Below, piece after piece: positions 1-14,392 of a stretch of 64,000 nucleotides of DNA. The stretch is from Catajapyx aquilonaris (Eukaryota): the NCBI GenBank assembly GCA_000934665.2, contig KZ538006.1, positions 62,001 to 126,000 of the forward strand. Reading direction: 5' to 3'. The notes below the pieces were generated by a model. That model made no database searches. It worked only from the letters and a program-made list of their open reading frames with translations, and was not told the origin of the DNA. The translations under genes were made by a program, and so were the position numbers. The stretch's first letter is position 1, and every line of letters starts with the position of its first letter.

Positions 1-2325
1 TAGGGGGGGATACTCGAGCAAGGGGTGGGTAAAAGTGAGGAAGGGGGGCATAAAATTGATCTCTTCCTCCCTTGTCTTGGTAAGTCAAATGAGGCCCCCG
101 AGGGCTTTAAGTTTTCCGGAAGCCATAGCCGACATCTGCCAGTCGCATATTTGCTCGCTATCTGGAGAAAAGCGGGCAGGTCGTGACGTCATGAATGATA
201 ATGTCGGTACTTTTTTGCTGTAAAAAGCTGGGTCTGGCATTATCCATTCGGTTACATCTGACTAAGAAAATGTGTCACACAGCGATAACGTGTACTATAG
301 TTTATCTCTGCCACCCTCAGTTTCCGGGTAGCCAACCTATCACACACCCACACACATAGCTTGCGGGGCCAGGAAATGCTTACTACAAACCCCTTCATTT
401 TATCCACAACCTCTACCGATCTCTGGGATTGTTATGGCCGGGACATTCCCATAAATGAACTGCCATCGGGAATCATTTGATGGAGGATTATTTGCAGAAG
501 TGGCTCCAGGCTGGATCTGACTTTGCAGTTGCGCAGCGGTACTATGTACAGAACCCCAGGCACAGAAAATTTAATATTAATTTTTTGCCACCTCGCAGAT
601 TGTACATGTTGCATTAAGTCCATCATTGTTCGCATGCATATTAAGCTGGCTTACTCTCACAGACTATATTTACGACTACAAGCACCACCATGCCCGTGTA
701 CGCCAACGGTATAGTTTTTCCCAAGATAGTTAACAACAGCGGACCTAGTCTATAAAGTTAGTGGTATAAAAATAAATCTCAGTGGTCATGTCGCGAGCAA
801 ACCTACACCGTAGCCAGCTCTCCTAATCTGTAGTCCCCCCCTAGCAGTGCCGGTCCCAAAATATGCAAGTTTCCTCTCCAGAATCTCCAACACTATTTTA
901 ACCCCTACCACCATCTCTCTTGCAGCCACTGGCCCTTGTACAACTGCAGAGAGCACAAGGATGTAAAAAAAAGGAATCCGTACCAAGCATGCCCGGTGAA
1001 CAAGAAGGTAACTTTCTCCTGCAATTAAACTGAGTCCACATCATCTGCCTACAAAAGCCAGGGAACAATAGGGGCTGGAGCAAGAGGAGCCCTGGCATAA
1101 CTCCATCTCTTCTGCTGACCAGATGAAGCGGAAAGGCAGCCTTGCTCAAGTTTCCAGACCAACTCTTCCTACTCTTGCATTGTGCTTGTCATAATGGGGG
1201 GGAAAGAGGGTGGGGGAGCATTAACTAAGTGGATCCTGGACCCCCCTGCTCATCTATCCACGTCTCCATAGTGCTCCTTCTCTACTGAAAAAGACCATTC
1301 CTCCCCATCCCCAGGCTTTCTTTGATTCCCTTTTCTTCTTCTGGAAAATGGCTCCTCTCGTGTGGATCGGCTCATTAGTTCCCTATCACACATTTTCGGA
1401 CTCATTGTTATGTGATCGGAGCGGAGTCAGCTTCATCGCGTGGAAATTGATCCCACTTGTCAAGTACTCTGAAAAGGAACTTGCTGCGAGGGAGAATTTT
1501 CCCCAGGAATATAATGAGAGTATGTAAGAGACACGCCAGGGCGGCATAATTACATCTGAGTAATGTCTGAGTCTGACCGCTCCTGCGCTCCTGTTTCTGA
1601 TGTCTAATTCTGTGTCGGACAACCATTTCGCCAAAAGTAACGGCCCCATATTCGCTGTGTGCGTCAGGTAAAAGGGAACCTTGAAGCTGCTTGGTTCTCC
1701 ACCACAACAGAAACTGGCAGGTTAAAAAATTTACATTTGCTAACTTTAACCTCGTTTTCACTGTCAGGGGATAAAATTACGACCCGTGCAGTTTAACACC
1801 TACGTCTTTTGTAACATTGTGCGAGCGTGTGGTTCTATTTTTGAAATAAATTTTCAGAGGCTTTTATGAATTCAAAACAAAAACAACGTGAGATGCTGAC
1901 ATACAAATGTGACACTTGTTTACTAAAATTGTCACCCACGCTTAAATATTTTTGATCCCCATACCTTGTGGCAGCCCAGTTAATTTCATTTATTATTATT
2001 TTTAAAATTTTGCTTTTGGTCGTGCCTAATGCAGAGTTGTGTAGAGCAAAAGCCCCGTTGAAGTACGTGCTCTTGTATTCTCTATAATAATGAAACGGGG
2101 GGAAAGGCAGTGACAGGAAATAATGGCCCTGAAGGTCCTCTTTTTCAGACGAGATAAAAGACGATCCCAATTCAATTTTTAAGGTTTCGTCGCATTCACT
2201 TCTGGCCCTGCTTTTCCCATGTCTCTCAAATAAAAGGTCGTTCCGTTCTTGTTCATACGATGGGGGTTCGAACTGTGATTGCAACGAGAAATGATTCTTC
2301 TTCTACTCCTCTCTTTTCTTTTTTT

Positions 2326-2351
2326 TTCTTCTTCTTCTTCTTCTTCTTCTT
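2326..2351 (+). repeat. (TTC)n microsatellite
   Basis: About 8 TTC units. Confidence 0.85.
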
Positions 2352-4319
2352 ATTCCTTAGCTCTATCTCAATCTTGGCCAGAAAAAGGAAATGAGGGAAG
2401 AGTGCCCGGGGAAAAGAGGCAGAAAAAAGGGGAAATCAAATCCCGGCACCAACCTGCAATATCCTTACAGGAAAAAGGAGAATGTCTCAGCTTTTGCCCA
2501 TTTTCCTCGCCATTCCTATTAACATCGGAGTGATTTTCTGGCAACCCGGATTTGTCTGCGCTCTCAACTTCCGTCACTTAATGTGCCCATCCTTACAAGA
2601 TTGAACTCCTTTTTCTCCCTTCGGCGAGGTGTTTCCTATAAACGTAAAGTACTGTCGTAAAAAAAATTCTCAGGCTACAACTCAGGTGTGCAAAAAAGGT
2701 GTGTGACATGCCTACATTCCTCTTCACAATCAATATCGTCAAACGTCGCTTTTTCTTATAGTAATATTTTTTTCATATGTGTGAAGAAAGCACCATCCTT
2801 ATTCAATATAGCTGCGGCACCCGGCGTTGCCCAGGAAGAAATAAATGAAGGGAAAACACCTGCCAGTAGCCCCGTCAACTGTCTGTCGTTCTGTGTGTCC
2901 GCCCACCAATGCCATCTGTGGTCCTCCTACTCCAACACCTTCAACCTCTCCCGCCTGTATAACGGCAACCATCATTGGCCTACCATCTGTAGTCAACCCC
3001 CAACACCTCCATCCTCTCCCGGCCTGGGGGTGGAGCACAGATGGCAGGCAAATGACGGTTGGCAGGCGAACAGACAGACAGACTCACAAACGGCTTTATT
3101 TATATAGATAGATATTTATTCGGTTGTACAGTACACCATACGTATCTAAAATATAAGAAGTGGCAGAATTTTTCGTAACCAGTGTTCATATTGAAAACGT
3201 CCTCAGGTGTTTGCTATTTTTTGGCCCATATCTTCTTATTGTTAAGCAGCTACACAGCAGCTACTTCTAGCAGTTGTCAAAATATGCGCTATTGTAGGTT
3301 GCATTGCCTTCCTTGAGACGTGCTGTACACTGCATGAGAAGCTATAGGGGCATAATTGGATTCATATAACATGTCGTCAACACGGAAACACGACAAAACC
3401 GGGTATCAATTAGCATAACAAAAGAATCACGCTATATCAACAGTCCTAAATCTTGTGACAAAGGGTCCTGAAAGGGTTATATTAACAAGCGAGGATTCAG
3501 TACGCAGGTAAAATGCGTGCTCCCATTTACACTGAGCGTGAATGACTCCAGTGAGTTTCAAATACCCACTTTGCACAATGCAGTTTTCAGTGTGCAGTGC
3601 GACAGTCTAAAATTACCTTTTGCTTTGAACCCAGCGTGCCGTACAGCAGCAGCGTACAATGCTTCAAATGTCAGTTACACAGGACTTTTCAGCATCCGCG
3701 AGGACTGAATACAAAATCTTGGGGGCTCTTTCATTGTGCCGTATTATCCGTATAGCCCTCTGGCACCTGCAGCAGGGTTGAAGCCCCCGTCCACCAGCGT
3801 TATTTCCTGCGAGGTATAAGATGAAAAGATCTCTCCTATTTCCGCACAAAGACCGCTGCACAAAGTCTTCAATTCCTTCTCCACTTTCGTCCAAGACCCA
3901 AGTCCCTTTCCACATCAAACCCTGTGGCTTTGGCATGCAAATCAGGAGGCAATTCGCCGTCGGTGTCAAGACTCCACTCGACCATGAATAAATTAGAGTC
4001 CTGCCCTCTTGCCTTCTACTTCCACAGCCACAGATTTACGAATTTAGCGCCTCGGAGAATATACTGCCTGCGATGATGTGCATCAGTTGTTCTGCTATCA
4101 CCAAGACCGTAATCTCACTTAATTATTATTTGTACTCTACTGACGCCCTGGTGTGATCCACAACATTACTTTGTTTCATCCTGGCATGATGCAACCCAAC
4201 AAACACGCTTTGCATAATGATGAGAGATCGGTAGTTAAAGGCTACTATAGGAGCCGCAAGATGGCAGTACGGTATCCTATGTATCTTGATGTTAAATTTT
4301 TAAAATAAAGGCATTAAAA

Positions 4320-4733
4320 TGTAATAATTATGGTTCAAAATAAGCGTGTAATAATAATAATACTCTTATTTTGGCCGGTGAATGGGGTAGACAAACAATT
4401 AAAATAATAAATAAATAAATAAATAAGGTGAAGTGGGGTAAGTGCATACACGGGGTAAGTGCATAAACTGGCCGCCATATTATAATGAAAATGGCTGACA
4501 TGCTCACCTCTTGTGGGGATGTGATGTGCAACTACACAAAAGAGTGCCTGACGTGTTTTGGTGTCGTCAGCCATTTTCATTCCAATATGGCGGCCCCGTG
4601 TATGCACTTACCCCGTGTATGCACTTACCCCACTTCACCTTACTCTTATTTTGGTCGGAGAACGGGTTATAGACAAATAATTAAAATTATAAATAAATGA
4701 ATACTCTTATTTTGACCCATAATTGCTCGTTAC
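4320..4733. mobile_element. Older degenerate TIR element hosting the 4426-4640 MITE
   Basis: AATTATGGTTCAAAATAAGCGT (4326-4347) is inverted relative to ACTCTTATTTTGACCCATAATT (4703-4724). Internal ~60-bp direct repeats start TACTCTTATTTTG at 4361, 4641 and 4702. Confidence 0.55.
4426..4640. mobile_element. MITE, pogo/Tc1-mariner type (TA TSD), about 215 bp with ~75-bp TIRs
   Basis: TA-AGGTGAAGTGGGGTAAGTGCATACACGGGGTAAGTGCATA...TATGCACTTACCCCGTGTATGCACTTACCCCACTTCACCT-TA. The TIRs contain an internal tandem GGGGTAAGTGCATA repeat. Confidence 0.85.
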
Positions 4734-6890
4734 AAAAAATGTATGCAGCTCATGTTGATATGATGCGGCTTTATTAAGGGGTTTATGATTGCCTATCCGG
4801 TCTGTAAATTGTACTAAAAATGAAGTTTCATTAGGATCAGATACTGACGCCAATTTAGGCGTCTAAAGGTAATAGTCCGGGGCGTAAGAGTCGCGCAGGG
4901 TTGCCACAACGTGTGCGCGAGGCATAAATAATCCGAGTGATTACCACGAAGCATCAACTTTACATTCCACGGTGCTTTGTAAAGTGATCATACACTGATA
5001 CGACCAAAAGCAGGCAAACCACCAATAACTTTCCTATTCATTCAAATTACTCTCCAATAAATTACACCCCCTCCCCCTCCCAACTCCCCATCTTCCACCA
5101 CCCCCCTCCCAACTTTCTTGGTGGTCCCTCGGGTCTGGCAACGGTGGCTCTTAGTCTCCTCCAAGAAAAGCAATTTCCGGGGCTTCCTTCGTTCGGGGAA
5201 GCCTTCCTTCCAATAATGATGGCCACCCTATATAGCGATCGGCGGTTCCTAACCCTCCTCCCACTGGCTCACCTCCCACACTCCCCCTTCAACCCGCCTT
5301 CCCCCTATTGAGCTTCTGGCTTCGGAACCGAAGCAATAAGGAAGCCGTATGTCGCCCTCTCCACACAGTGCAAATGATCGCTAGTTCTCGGATTAGACAC
5401 AGTCCGAGGGAATCCGCCTGTGGCCTGGAAAGGACGTTTTGAATATCCGGAATCGAAGGGTCCGGAGCCAAAATGCGTTACTCTGCCAGGGAATAACGGG
5501 GGAGGCCTTCACTTAGTAAACATGTTATCGACTTTGGGGTGGTGCTGGGAGATAACAGTCGAAACAATAAGCTTCGCCCAAATGCATAAATTGCATTTTT
5601 TTTGCACTACCGTCACTTCCAAATTGATTCGAGCTGGCGATGCATTAGGTTCCGGAATTGACCAGGATTAGTTTTGCGCCGGATTAAGATAGAAATGGCC
5701 GCTATATGTCAGACAGTTCCTACATATTTTTTGGGGCACACAATACATATCTATAGGAGTGTCGAATTCTATGTCGAATTTCTTCCATCCGCCTTATTTC
5801 CTCTTGTTCCCTAGCGGCATGTCAAGAATGGCTAGGGAGAACAAGAGAAACGAGCTGAGGGGTTTCCTGGCGACGGAAATGGCCATTGTGCTCTTCCACG
5901 ACGCTTGATGTGATGGAAGGGGGGCAGAGGGGGGGTTGGAGGGGTGTCTGGGAGGCTTGGGATATAGGTACTGAGTGGCCGGGTACTGCCGGAGAAAATG
6001 GAGAGCGTTGGGTTTTTGAGGATTCGACGGGGTCCGTGGGGTCCAGCCAGGGCTTAGACCAAGCGCGCCTACCAATCCTCGTCTCACTCCATTTCTCTCC
6101 CGACGGACTTTACTGGCATTTGACAAGTTTACTGCCACCGCATAAAACCCACAGATTTTTTTTTTTTTTACACGGGTGAAGGTCCGCTTCGTACGTCCAG
6201 GCAAGTGCTGGCCATACCACAGAGACATACCGTAATGTTTCAGCCTAACGTTGCCAAACTCTTTCAATAAGTTTGCAATCTGCATGACATGAACGTTGAA
6301 AAATTACGTCCTTCAATTCAGCACTGCGCAAGAATAAGAAGTCGTGAAAAAAAATCAATTGAGCATCAGGCAAACAACGTGCCAATCAAGAAATGGATTT
6401 CGCCATCTCCAGCCCAACCCAATAACTGTCAAAAGGAATTGCAGTTTCATTACCTATTTTCCACGGTGGGTTTCGTCTGGACTGGGGGCGCCCCATATTT
6501 CTGTTCGGGTTATAACCACCCACTGCTTTTCAACGGAAAAACTTCTCTTTTTTTTTCTTTTCCTACAGCTCGCGGATCCATGACTCCTGAAACTCTGGTC
6601 TGTTCAGCAGTCTTCTCCTGACACGGAACGACCAGATCCCCCGCGGCTCTCACACCTTTCCCGCTGCGAATTTCACGACTTGACGACTCCTGCAATGCTT
6701 TTAATAAGCACCCAGGGAAAGTTGAACATGAAAGTGGCATATATACGACAACCAGAACACTCGGAAAAGTCAGCCAAACTTAGCCACAAATGTTAGGCCA
6801 GATTTAATCAATTTCTAAATTTCCCCGTTAATTAGCATGTCCTCAATTAAAAATTATTTGGATCATTCCTAGACTTTTCTATGTACTTGT

Positions 6891-7116
6891 CAGCGACGTA
6901 GCCAGGAAATTTGTAAGAGGGCGGGGGTTATGTGAGGGTAGAACGAAGAGGTCCGCCGCAGGCAAATTTTTTTTTGCTGTTCAAGCTCACATAAGCTACA
7001 ATACTTTGCGCATGTGCGTTTTAACACCTTAAAATTGCGGATTTGAACTATATTTTTTGGTCCAGGGGGGGGGGGGGTTACAACCCCCAACCCCCCCCCC
7101 CCTGCCTACGCCACTG
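6891..7116. mobile_element. hAT-type MITE with 8-bp target-site duplication
   Basis: Ends CAGCGACGTAGCCAGG ... CCTGCCTACGCCACTG. Exact TSD GTACTTGT at 6883-6890 and 7117-7124. Subterminal poly-G/poly-C hairpin. Confidence 0.85.
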
Positions 7117-7246
7117 GTACTTGTAATCTTGCATTATTATATAAATCAGAAAGTTTGTTGGTATTATTTTGTCATATGTTTGTCATGGCTACCTAACTCC
7201 CTTCCGGAGTACTGAGAGTGCTGAAACTTGGCACACTGACTTTGTA

Positions 7247-7667
7247 CTATCGGTCTCAATTACTTTCGGCCACTTTATCCTGGTCTTAAAGCAACCCTTC
7301 GCACAGTCCCCACGGTGAGGAGGTGTTATTGTCTTCAATAAGCTGTGGGACAGGAAGAATGTGATCTTACTGTAACTGTGGGGTCTACTGTCCACTTGTG
7401 GGGACATTTTGCGTCCCCACATCTTCACACACCGTTATAGTGGGGACACGTCCCCACAATTTCGATTTGCAGGGTTTCACAAAAGTACATTTCTCTCAGC
7501 CTAGGTTAGTTAGGGTAGGTTAGGTTAGGTTAATTTACACTAGCTTCGAAAAGTTGAGTATTAAACGTCCCCGTAGCTTATTGAGAGCAAGTCTGTGTGC
7601 GTGTGTGTATGAAGGGTTACTTCAAGACCAGGATAAAGTGGCCGAAACTAATTATTGAGATCGATAG
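7247..7667. mobile_element. MITE family X, long copy (TIR CTATCGGTCTCAAT..TTTCGGCCACTTTATCCTGGTCTT)
   Basis: ~55-bp TIRs, inner inverted repeat TCAATAAGCT/AGCTTATTGA, and an internal (TAGGT)n tract at 7502-7531. A second copy lies at 14254. Confidence 0.8.
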
Positions 7668-10600
7668 ATACGTGACGATGATTCAGTGACAAGTCCGACA
7701 ACCGCACTTTTAAAGTCTAAATGCCCAAAAATGAGAATTTGTTTTTTTTAATGATGCTTGGTGTCTCATATGCTGCAATTCTGGATCTGATGTTTTGTTT
7801 TATTTATCGATCTCCGTGCGAAGAACGGGTTCCCCTGCTAAACTATCTTCATAAGCATGGATCTTGCAGAATAACATGCATTCATCACATCCGTGACTGT
7901 TACGAATTTCTGGTCACGATCGTCTCCTAATCCCTGTGCGTCTAGATTTACCCTGGCCTAATCCCTTTCCTAAGATGGGTTCCTTCCCTTAATCCCCATG
8001 TTCTGAGAAGGGCAAAAAAAAAGTTGAAGCACTTGAGTAAAACAAGGTGATCTCAAACAAGTAGAAGCACCTCATCTCGCCTGGAAGCATCTGCCTAAAT
8101 TCAATTAGACGACGCTTTCTCTCCGACACAAAACCGCCATTTACCTCTCTCCTCTGTTCTCACTTGGCGCTTCCACACAAACTAGAGTAGTCACTAAGAG
8201 CCAGTTTGGTCCTCTCCCACCCCCCAGAATCCTTTCAGGCGATGCATTCGGTTTCATCCTGGACTTCCCGCAACCTTTCCTGCTCTCCTGTTCAACAACG
8301 AAGCAAGAAAACAGGCGGTCCCAGGCTTATCCAAACACAAAATAAAAGCCATAAACTGCTTTAATAAACACCAGAGCAAGCATCGTTACGAGCTGGCTGA
8401 GTGCACTTTTCGCGGATACAAGACGCAATTTCGCATAGGTTGGAACCAAGAGTGTGTGTGTATATAGGATGGGTTTCTTCCAGAGCAAAAAGCCAGCAAT
8501 AGAGTTCCCACGGCTGCGGCTGCATCCAATTCCCATTCGCCCCATCTATTACCGCAAACCCGGGCGCTAAGAGGGACCAACGAAAAACGATAAACCCAGT
8601 CCTTAATGAGTATTAGAGCTTTAAGGCCCCTCCTTCTCCGCTCGTCCATGTTGCCCGCCTCCCAGAAAAAGCTGAGGAATACTAATAGCTTATAAACGGA
8701 CCCCCAGAATCAATTCTGGACCAGAAAAATACAGGGTGTTCCATAACGACATTGCTTTTGACCTTATTTGCATATTTAACGAGCCGGATTTTAATGATTG
8801 CCTTCGTGTGTATTTTTTTTTAACAAGCCCCGAGAGCTTGTCGACAAAAAAAATAAACACACCCATTTTCGACTTTTTTCTCCGGGTCGTAACACCCACT
8901 TGTCCCCACTTCTCCTTCCCCCACCAAATGTTAGCACAGCACATGGCCCGAAGCCTCCAGATTTGTGGCGAGGAAGCGCCGAGTGTGACGGGCGCAAATG
9001 CGGCGCTGACAACTATAATCTCTTTTGCCGCGCCGGAAACACGACTTTTGCGGCCACTTCCGCCATAAGGAGTCTAGCTCTGGAGAAACTCCCGGTCCGT
9101 GGTATTAGAATCGGAAGGAAGTCGTCGGAGGTTTTATCTGTAAAAAAAAACTAAACAACTTACGGAGTGTAGTAATATCCGGCGTAGTAATTGGAGGTTA
9201 CAACAATTTTAGGCAATTATCTAGGAGCGTAGTAAATGCGGGCTTTTTTGGGGTTTCAAGAAAGGGAAGGCCCACATCCTTCATTACGGTCACGAGTCTT
9301 GTGCAGGGCTATCAGCCATCTTTTTTTAATTACCCTACTTCCACCTCGCTAGGACGATGCGCTGGCTAAATGTTAATGTGCCAGACTTTTATTCTGGCCT
9401 GATGCACACTGTACTCGCAGTTAACGATTAAGCTGCGTATCATAACCAGTATTTTGCAAGTCGCTTTTAGCACATTTCAACTGCCAAATTAATACCTGCA
9501 GTCCCAGCCTGACCTCCATAAATATTAAATACCTCCAACTATCCTACTTTTAATCGGAAAAGCGCAGTTTCCATTACGTAAACTCAAGCCGTCTCTAATA
9601 AATTTCCTGTCTACTTAGTCCCGATAAATAATTTCCCTCGCCAGTGATCCATACATGGGACCACAACGTGATGGGGAAAAAAGTGAAGCTACTATAGAGT
9701 CTAAAAATGGAGGGGATGCTAGCCACAGTTAATTAGCACCCTGAGCGTCCCGAGGGCCAGATGCAGCTATCGGCGGAGCAAAGGCATCTCTCTCTAGCCT
9801 GTCATCGGGAATCAATGGAGTGGGAAGGAGGAGGAAGGCCAAGTGGCCGTGTTAATGATGGAGGTGAGTTTGCCAGTGTAGACCAAGCCTTTTCCCTACA
9901 TGGTCATTTTTGGAAGCCAGAAATCCAGTCCAAGTAATGTTCACATTGTTAAGTACAAGCCTCTATAAAAAGCGACTCCGTTATTGTATAAAATATTTAG
10001 AACATTCAAAGCTCTTTCAGCAAGTTGGTGAGTGGTGCCAGGTCTGGTTGCAAAACAATCTTCCACCTACTCGCAAGTGCAGCATCTAAAAGTATATAGC
10101 CCGAAAGGTCCAATCATCCATCATGCCAACGGTAAGGAATCGAACCCCTCCCACACGACACGAAAATTAGACCAGATGTCTTTCAGGATGAAAAATGTTC
10201 TTTCTCAGCCAGGCTTCTAGCTTCCCTTCGTTATCATCCCACTCACTATACTCCTTCTCCTCAACTCTTTTAGAAACAAAAGTCCGATGCTAACCTAGAG
10301 ATATACAGTTGAAGGGGTTCCTCGACTTCTTCTAATTCCCAGAAGTCGCCGCTTCATTAGCTAAGAGCTTCGAAAGGTAACTTATAGTTTGTTGGCCGAA
10401 GGAGTACGAGTTACAAGTTGGAATTTTTTTGTGTTGGTTGTACGTTAGGGACTAGAAGCTTTGGGCTACAGAGTTGGGTCGAATTTTTTTTACAAGAAGA
10501 ACGGTGTCTAAGGATAAAATTTTATCTAAAGTTGTAACGGTTCACACACGCAACGTGTCAACAATGACTAAGTCGGAAGTCAAGGAGGCAGCAGTGGTCA

Positions 10601-13600
10601 ATATTATTTTAATTCTAATATTTTCCCACAACATCTCTCACTCATATTACAAAAAATTAATCAGAGATGTTAATTTCAGTTAACAATAACTGTACACTGC
10701 CATTTTCCACGTACTCGTGATAAAAATTCCTTGACTAATGAGTAAGTTGGTATCACCCCATCCATAATTTTTCCACCCTTCATCCCCCATCTCCCCAGCA
10801 CAAAGCAAGGCTGTAAATTTCTTAATCTTCAGTCCGATACAGCGAATCTTCCGTCTTTTCCACACCCTCAAAGAGTGGAAAATGGAAGGAGAACCAGAAG
10901 AGCAAAAACTGCAGAGAGAGAGAGAGAGCAGGAAAAGTAGGTGCGAACACACGCCTAATTTTCCCTGAGCACAGAAGCACAAGCCTGGCGGATAATTAAA
11001 TTGCTTTTTGCACACCCAGAAAGAAGAGAAAAAGGCTCTAGAGAAATATCCTTAGGAAAATGGCGACTTGTGCCATGTACAGAAAGAGAGCGAGAGAGAG
11101 AGAGCTTTTGGAGCACCGCATGAATCCGGGGGAATATACGATGTGAACAGCCACAAAGTCCACCGCACACTCACAATGCGGTGCAGATTTCGGAGTAAGT
11201 GAAGAGGGGTGCTTTTGAGCCGCTTTTCAGAGACATATCTACTATCCCCCCCTCTGGTGTAAGCCTCTTAGCTCCAACGCTCGGTGCTTTTGAGGCAGAC
11301 TGACTCGCACGGCGTCCCGACCGCAGCCATGTTTTATCATGCGGGCTTGGCAACACGTGTCGCGCATACATGTTTCCCACGAGGACACAGACTCATTACC
11401 TGCTCATCTTCCATTTTGTAACCAGCGGTTCACTCTCTCTCTCATTTCGCCCTTGACAACTTGTGCGGATGACGCTTTTCACGCTTGGGACAGCCAATCA
11501 GGAGGAGATATAGGCACTAGGTTTCACTATTCGGAAAAATGGAATCGGGTACTGACCAAAAATATTCTTGGCCCTGCAGTGTAAACGCACAAAAAATAAA
11601 TTCAAATCGATCGCTTCCAATCGGATGAAAACTTTTGCTCCATTGGAAAGCTTCCTGTCTTTACAAATCTCCTATTCAATTTAATCCCTGCTCGCTAATT
11701 GCACTATAGATAAATTCCGGGTTTCAGCCCCCCAAAAAACCGGGTGAGCGAAAATCCAAGTTCTTTCCAAATATTCCTGTTTAGTTCCGCATTGATATTA
11801 TACAAATGACTCCTTTCCATAGAGTGGAGTGTTGGGGTGTGCGGAGGAATTGTTGCTCACCTTCGCCAACCTCCCCTGGACTAATTTATGATTCCCATTT
11901 ATGGTTCCCTCCGATAAGACATCGCCCCTGCCGTGATTTATCGCGCTTTTGCCCCGATAAAGCATCACCTGTGACGCCGCATGCTAAGCTCCAGCAAGAG
12001 TTGAGGAGAGATGGGATGGAGTTTGGGGCCTGGTTTAATTTGCCAGAAATCAAGGGCTGTCGCAAGTCTGCCGTCCCTGCTGAGCAGCCACCAACTAAAC
12101 TTACGTCCAATCACAGCCACTCTTGATTTACACATTGTTACAGCATACAATGTTGCACAATTTTTTTTCCACCATGCAAATGTGTAAGGTCCGGCATTAG
12201 CAAGTCTCAGGAAGTAATCCAGCCATCCGGATTCAGGCCCGAATTTGAGAGTCTCATTTGGGTTTAAGACCTGACTTACTGGAACCATTTTCTACCGTCG
12301 CCGTATTCCTAACGCGTAATGGACCAGCGTGAATGTGACCCGCCTCTCAAACCTCATATCTTCCTCAGATGAAGATGGCCTCCTCCTCCTCCCCCCCTCA
12401 TGAAAATCTCTTTTTCTCGAAGCAGATCTGACTCCTGGTACTATCGCGGAGTGTACGAAGGTTGGAAAGTGGGGTGTCTAAATTAGTCGAGTACCATTAA
12501 TTAAATTTCTTTCCAGGACGACAGTTTCCGTTTTCTCTTCTCTAGAGTCCTTCCACATTTTTTGGGGGGGTATGTTTCCCCCCTCCCGAAGAATGAAGGG
12601 CGGGAGGGATGAAGCGGAAGGAGGTCGGAGGTTACTGCCCGGAGATTGGAAATTTGTTTTCGCAGATGAGGAATTGCGAAAAGTTGTCAAGACGGCGGGC
12701 GTACCCTTAACCCATCTGGATTTTTGTGGGGGCTACTTTGGCCAAAAGGATTACCAACTCCACACCTGGGGTCGGCCCAATTTTTCAATATTATAAGTTA
12801 TGCCAACACACTTCAAACCAGTTCAGACACTACTAATTCGTCACTTTGTTGGGAAGTAAAAAATTGTACTGCAAGTGTCAAAGTTTCTGAACCGGGTGTG
12901 TCCCCAGGCACCTTTGCCCGCCTTTGCCCTGGCTGCAGCAAGGATAGAAAGGCGGCCGGGCAATAATTGGATAATGGCCGCTGGGAGTTCCCACGGGCGC
13001 CAAGAAGGGACCGTCGACTGCGCTAATTAGGACCTGGCGCTGTTTACACTTTGGACTACGCCCCGACGATCGCCTGAGAAAATAGGTAAAGCCTAGCTGC
13101 AAATGTCTCTCTGCCTCTGTCATTAGCCATTACCATGTCCATTTCGATTAAGCCGCCTGAATATTCGTCTACCAGCAGCGGAAGATGTTGCACTGTCCAA
13201 TCCTAATTACACTTTCCAAACATTTGCACCTTATGAAATTCGAAAAGTTTGTCCACCCCAGGTGAGATTCCTCCACCTCCCCCCCCCCCCNCCCCCCCCC
13301 CCCCCACCCAGCTGGCAATCACCGTCAGTCCCTTGCAAGGCACTGGGAGGGTTTCCACTTCCTCTCCTTGCCAACTAATTAGGCCACCATGCAACCCCTT
13401 CCAACACCGGATTATTTACTCCAAACTCCATAACCTGTGCTAACTTTACATTCCACCCCTACTCCCCACCACCACCACTTTCATCCTGCCCTGCTCTGTC
13501 AGAGAGGGAGAGAGAGAGATCCCGAAAGCTGCGGGTTCGCCCCCCGAAAAGGGAGAAGTGTGAGAGAAACGAGATGAGAGGGGGTGCAGGGAGGGTTTAG

Positions 13601-13720
13601 TAGCAAAATCCGGAGGCGTGTGACAGGCAAACCGGCAAAACCCGAAACCGTGGGTGCAGGCCCGAGTCGGCAGGTGCAGCCAACAGGCTGCGACGGTGTC
13701 TGGGGGGCACCAGATGGTAA

Positions 13721-13743
13721 NNNNNNNNNNNNNNNNNNNNNNN
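13721..13743. other. Assembly gap (23 N) beside poly-C runs; single Ns also at 13291 and 21982
   Basis: N characters adjacent to long C homopolymers. Confidence 0.95.
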
Positions 13744-14253
13744 GGGGAACCCCCCCCCCCCCCCCCGGGGAGTATTGGCATGGGAAAGGACACCCCCCCT
13801 CCCCCCTGGCTGCCACCCACCCCTCAACCCTCAACCCCGAGACTTCAAGAGAAGGAGGGGAAAAGCTATATTCCTAACCTTCTTACCCCCAATATCCATC
13901 CGTCTAAGGTGCCTTCTCAGAGAAGCTGGGAGGAGGAGCGGAATTGAAATTGAATTTTTTGGGGGAAGTTTCAGGACAAACTTTGGATCTGGAATTCAAA
14001 ACGTGGTATGACATGCTAAGTAAAATGTGCACCAAAATTAAATGAAAAACCCCCTAAAAATAATTTTGTGGATAATAAGCGATTTTGTTGTACAATGTAA
14101 TTCAGGTACAGATTCATGTACGATGTACCGACTTGGAGGTGGTGATCAACAAATACCGTGTACATTACTGGCTTTATATAGCCTACAATTACAATCCTAC
14201 ATCCTTCAGGTGTACAGAACTTATTTGAAAATAGTAGACTACATTACAATGTA

Positions 14254-14392
14254 CTATCGGGATCAAATACTTTTGGCTACTTTATCCTGGTCTTAAAGCA
14301 ACCCTTCGCACAGATCCCACGTTAAGGAGGTGTGTGTATGAGGGTTGCTTCAAGAACAGGATTAGGTTGCCAAAAGTATTTGAACCCAATAA
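14254..14392. mobile_element. MITE family X, short internally deleted copy
   Basis: Shares ACTTTATCCTGGTCTTAAAGCAACCCTTCGCACAG with 7272-7306 and the right TIR with 7601-7667. Flanked by TA on both sides. Confidence 0.8.

Noticed and set aside
7502..7531. Interstitial telomere (TTAGG)n
   Set aside because: Only about 5 imperfect units, and they lie inside a MITE.
10123..10190. tRNA gene on the minus strand (B-box-like GGTTCGATTCC, upstream TGGTCTA)
   Set aside because: I could not build a cloverleaf or acceptor stem; at most a decayed tRNA-derived SINE head.
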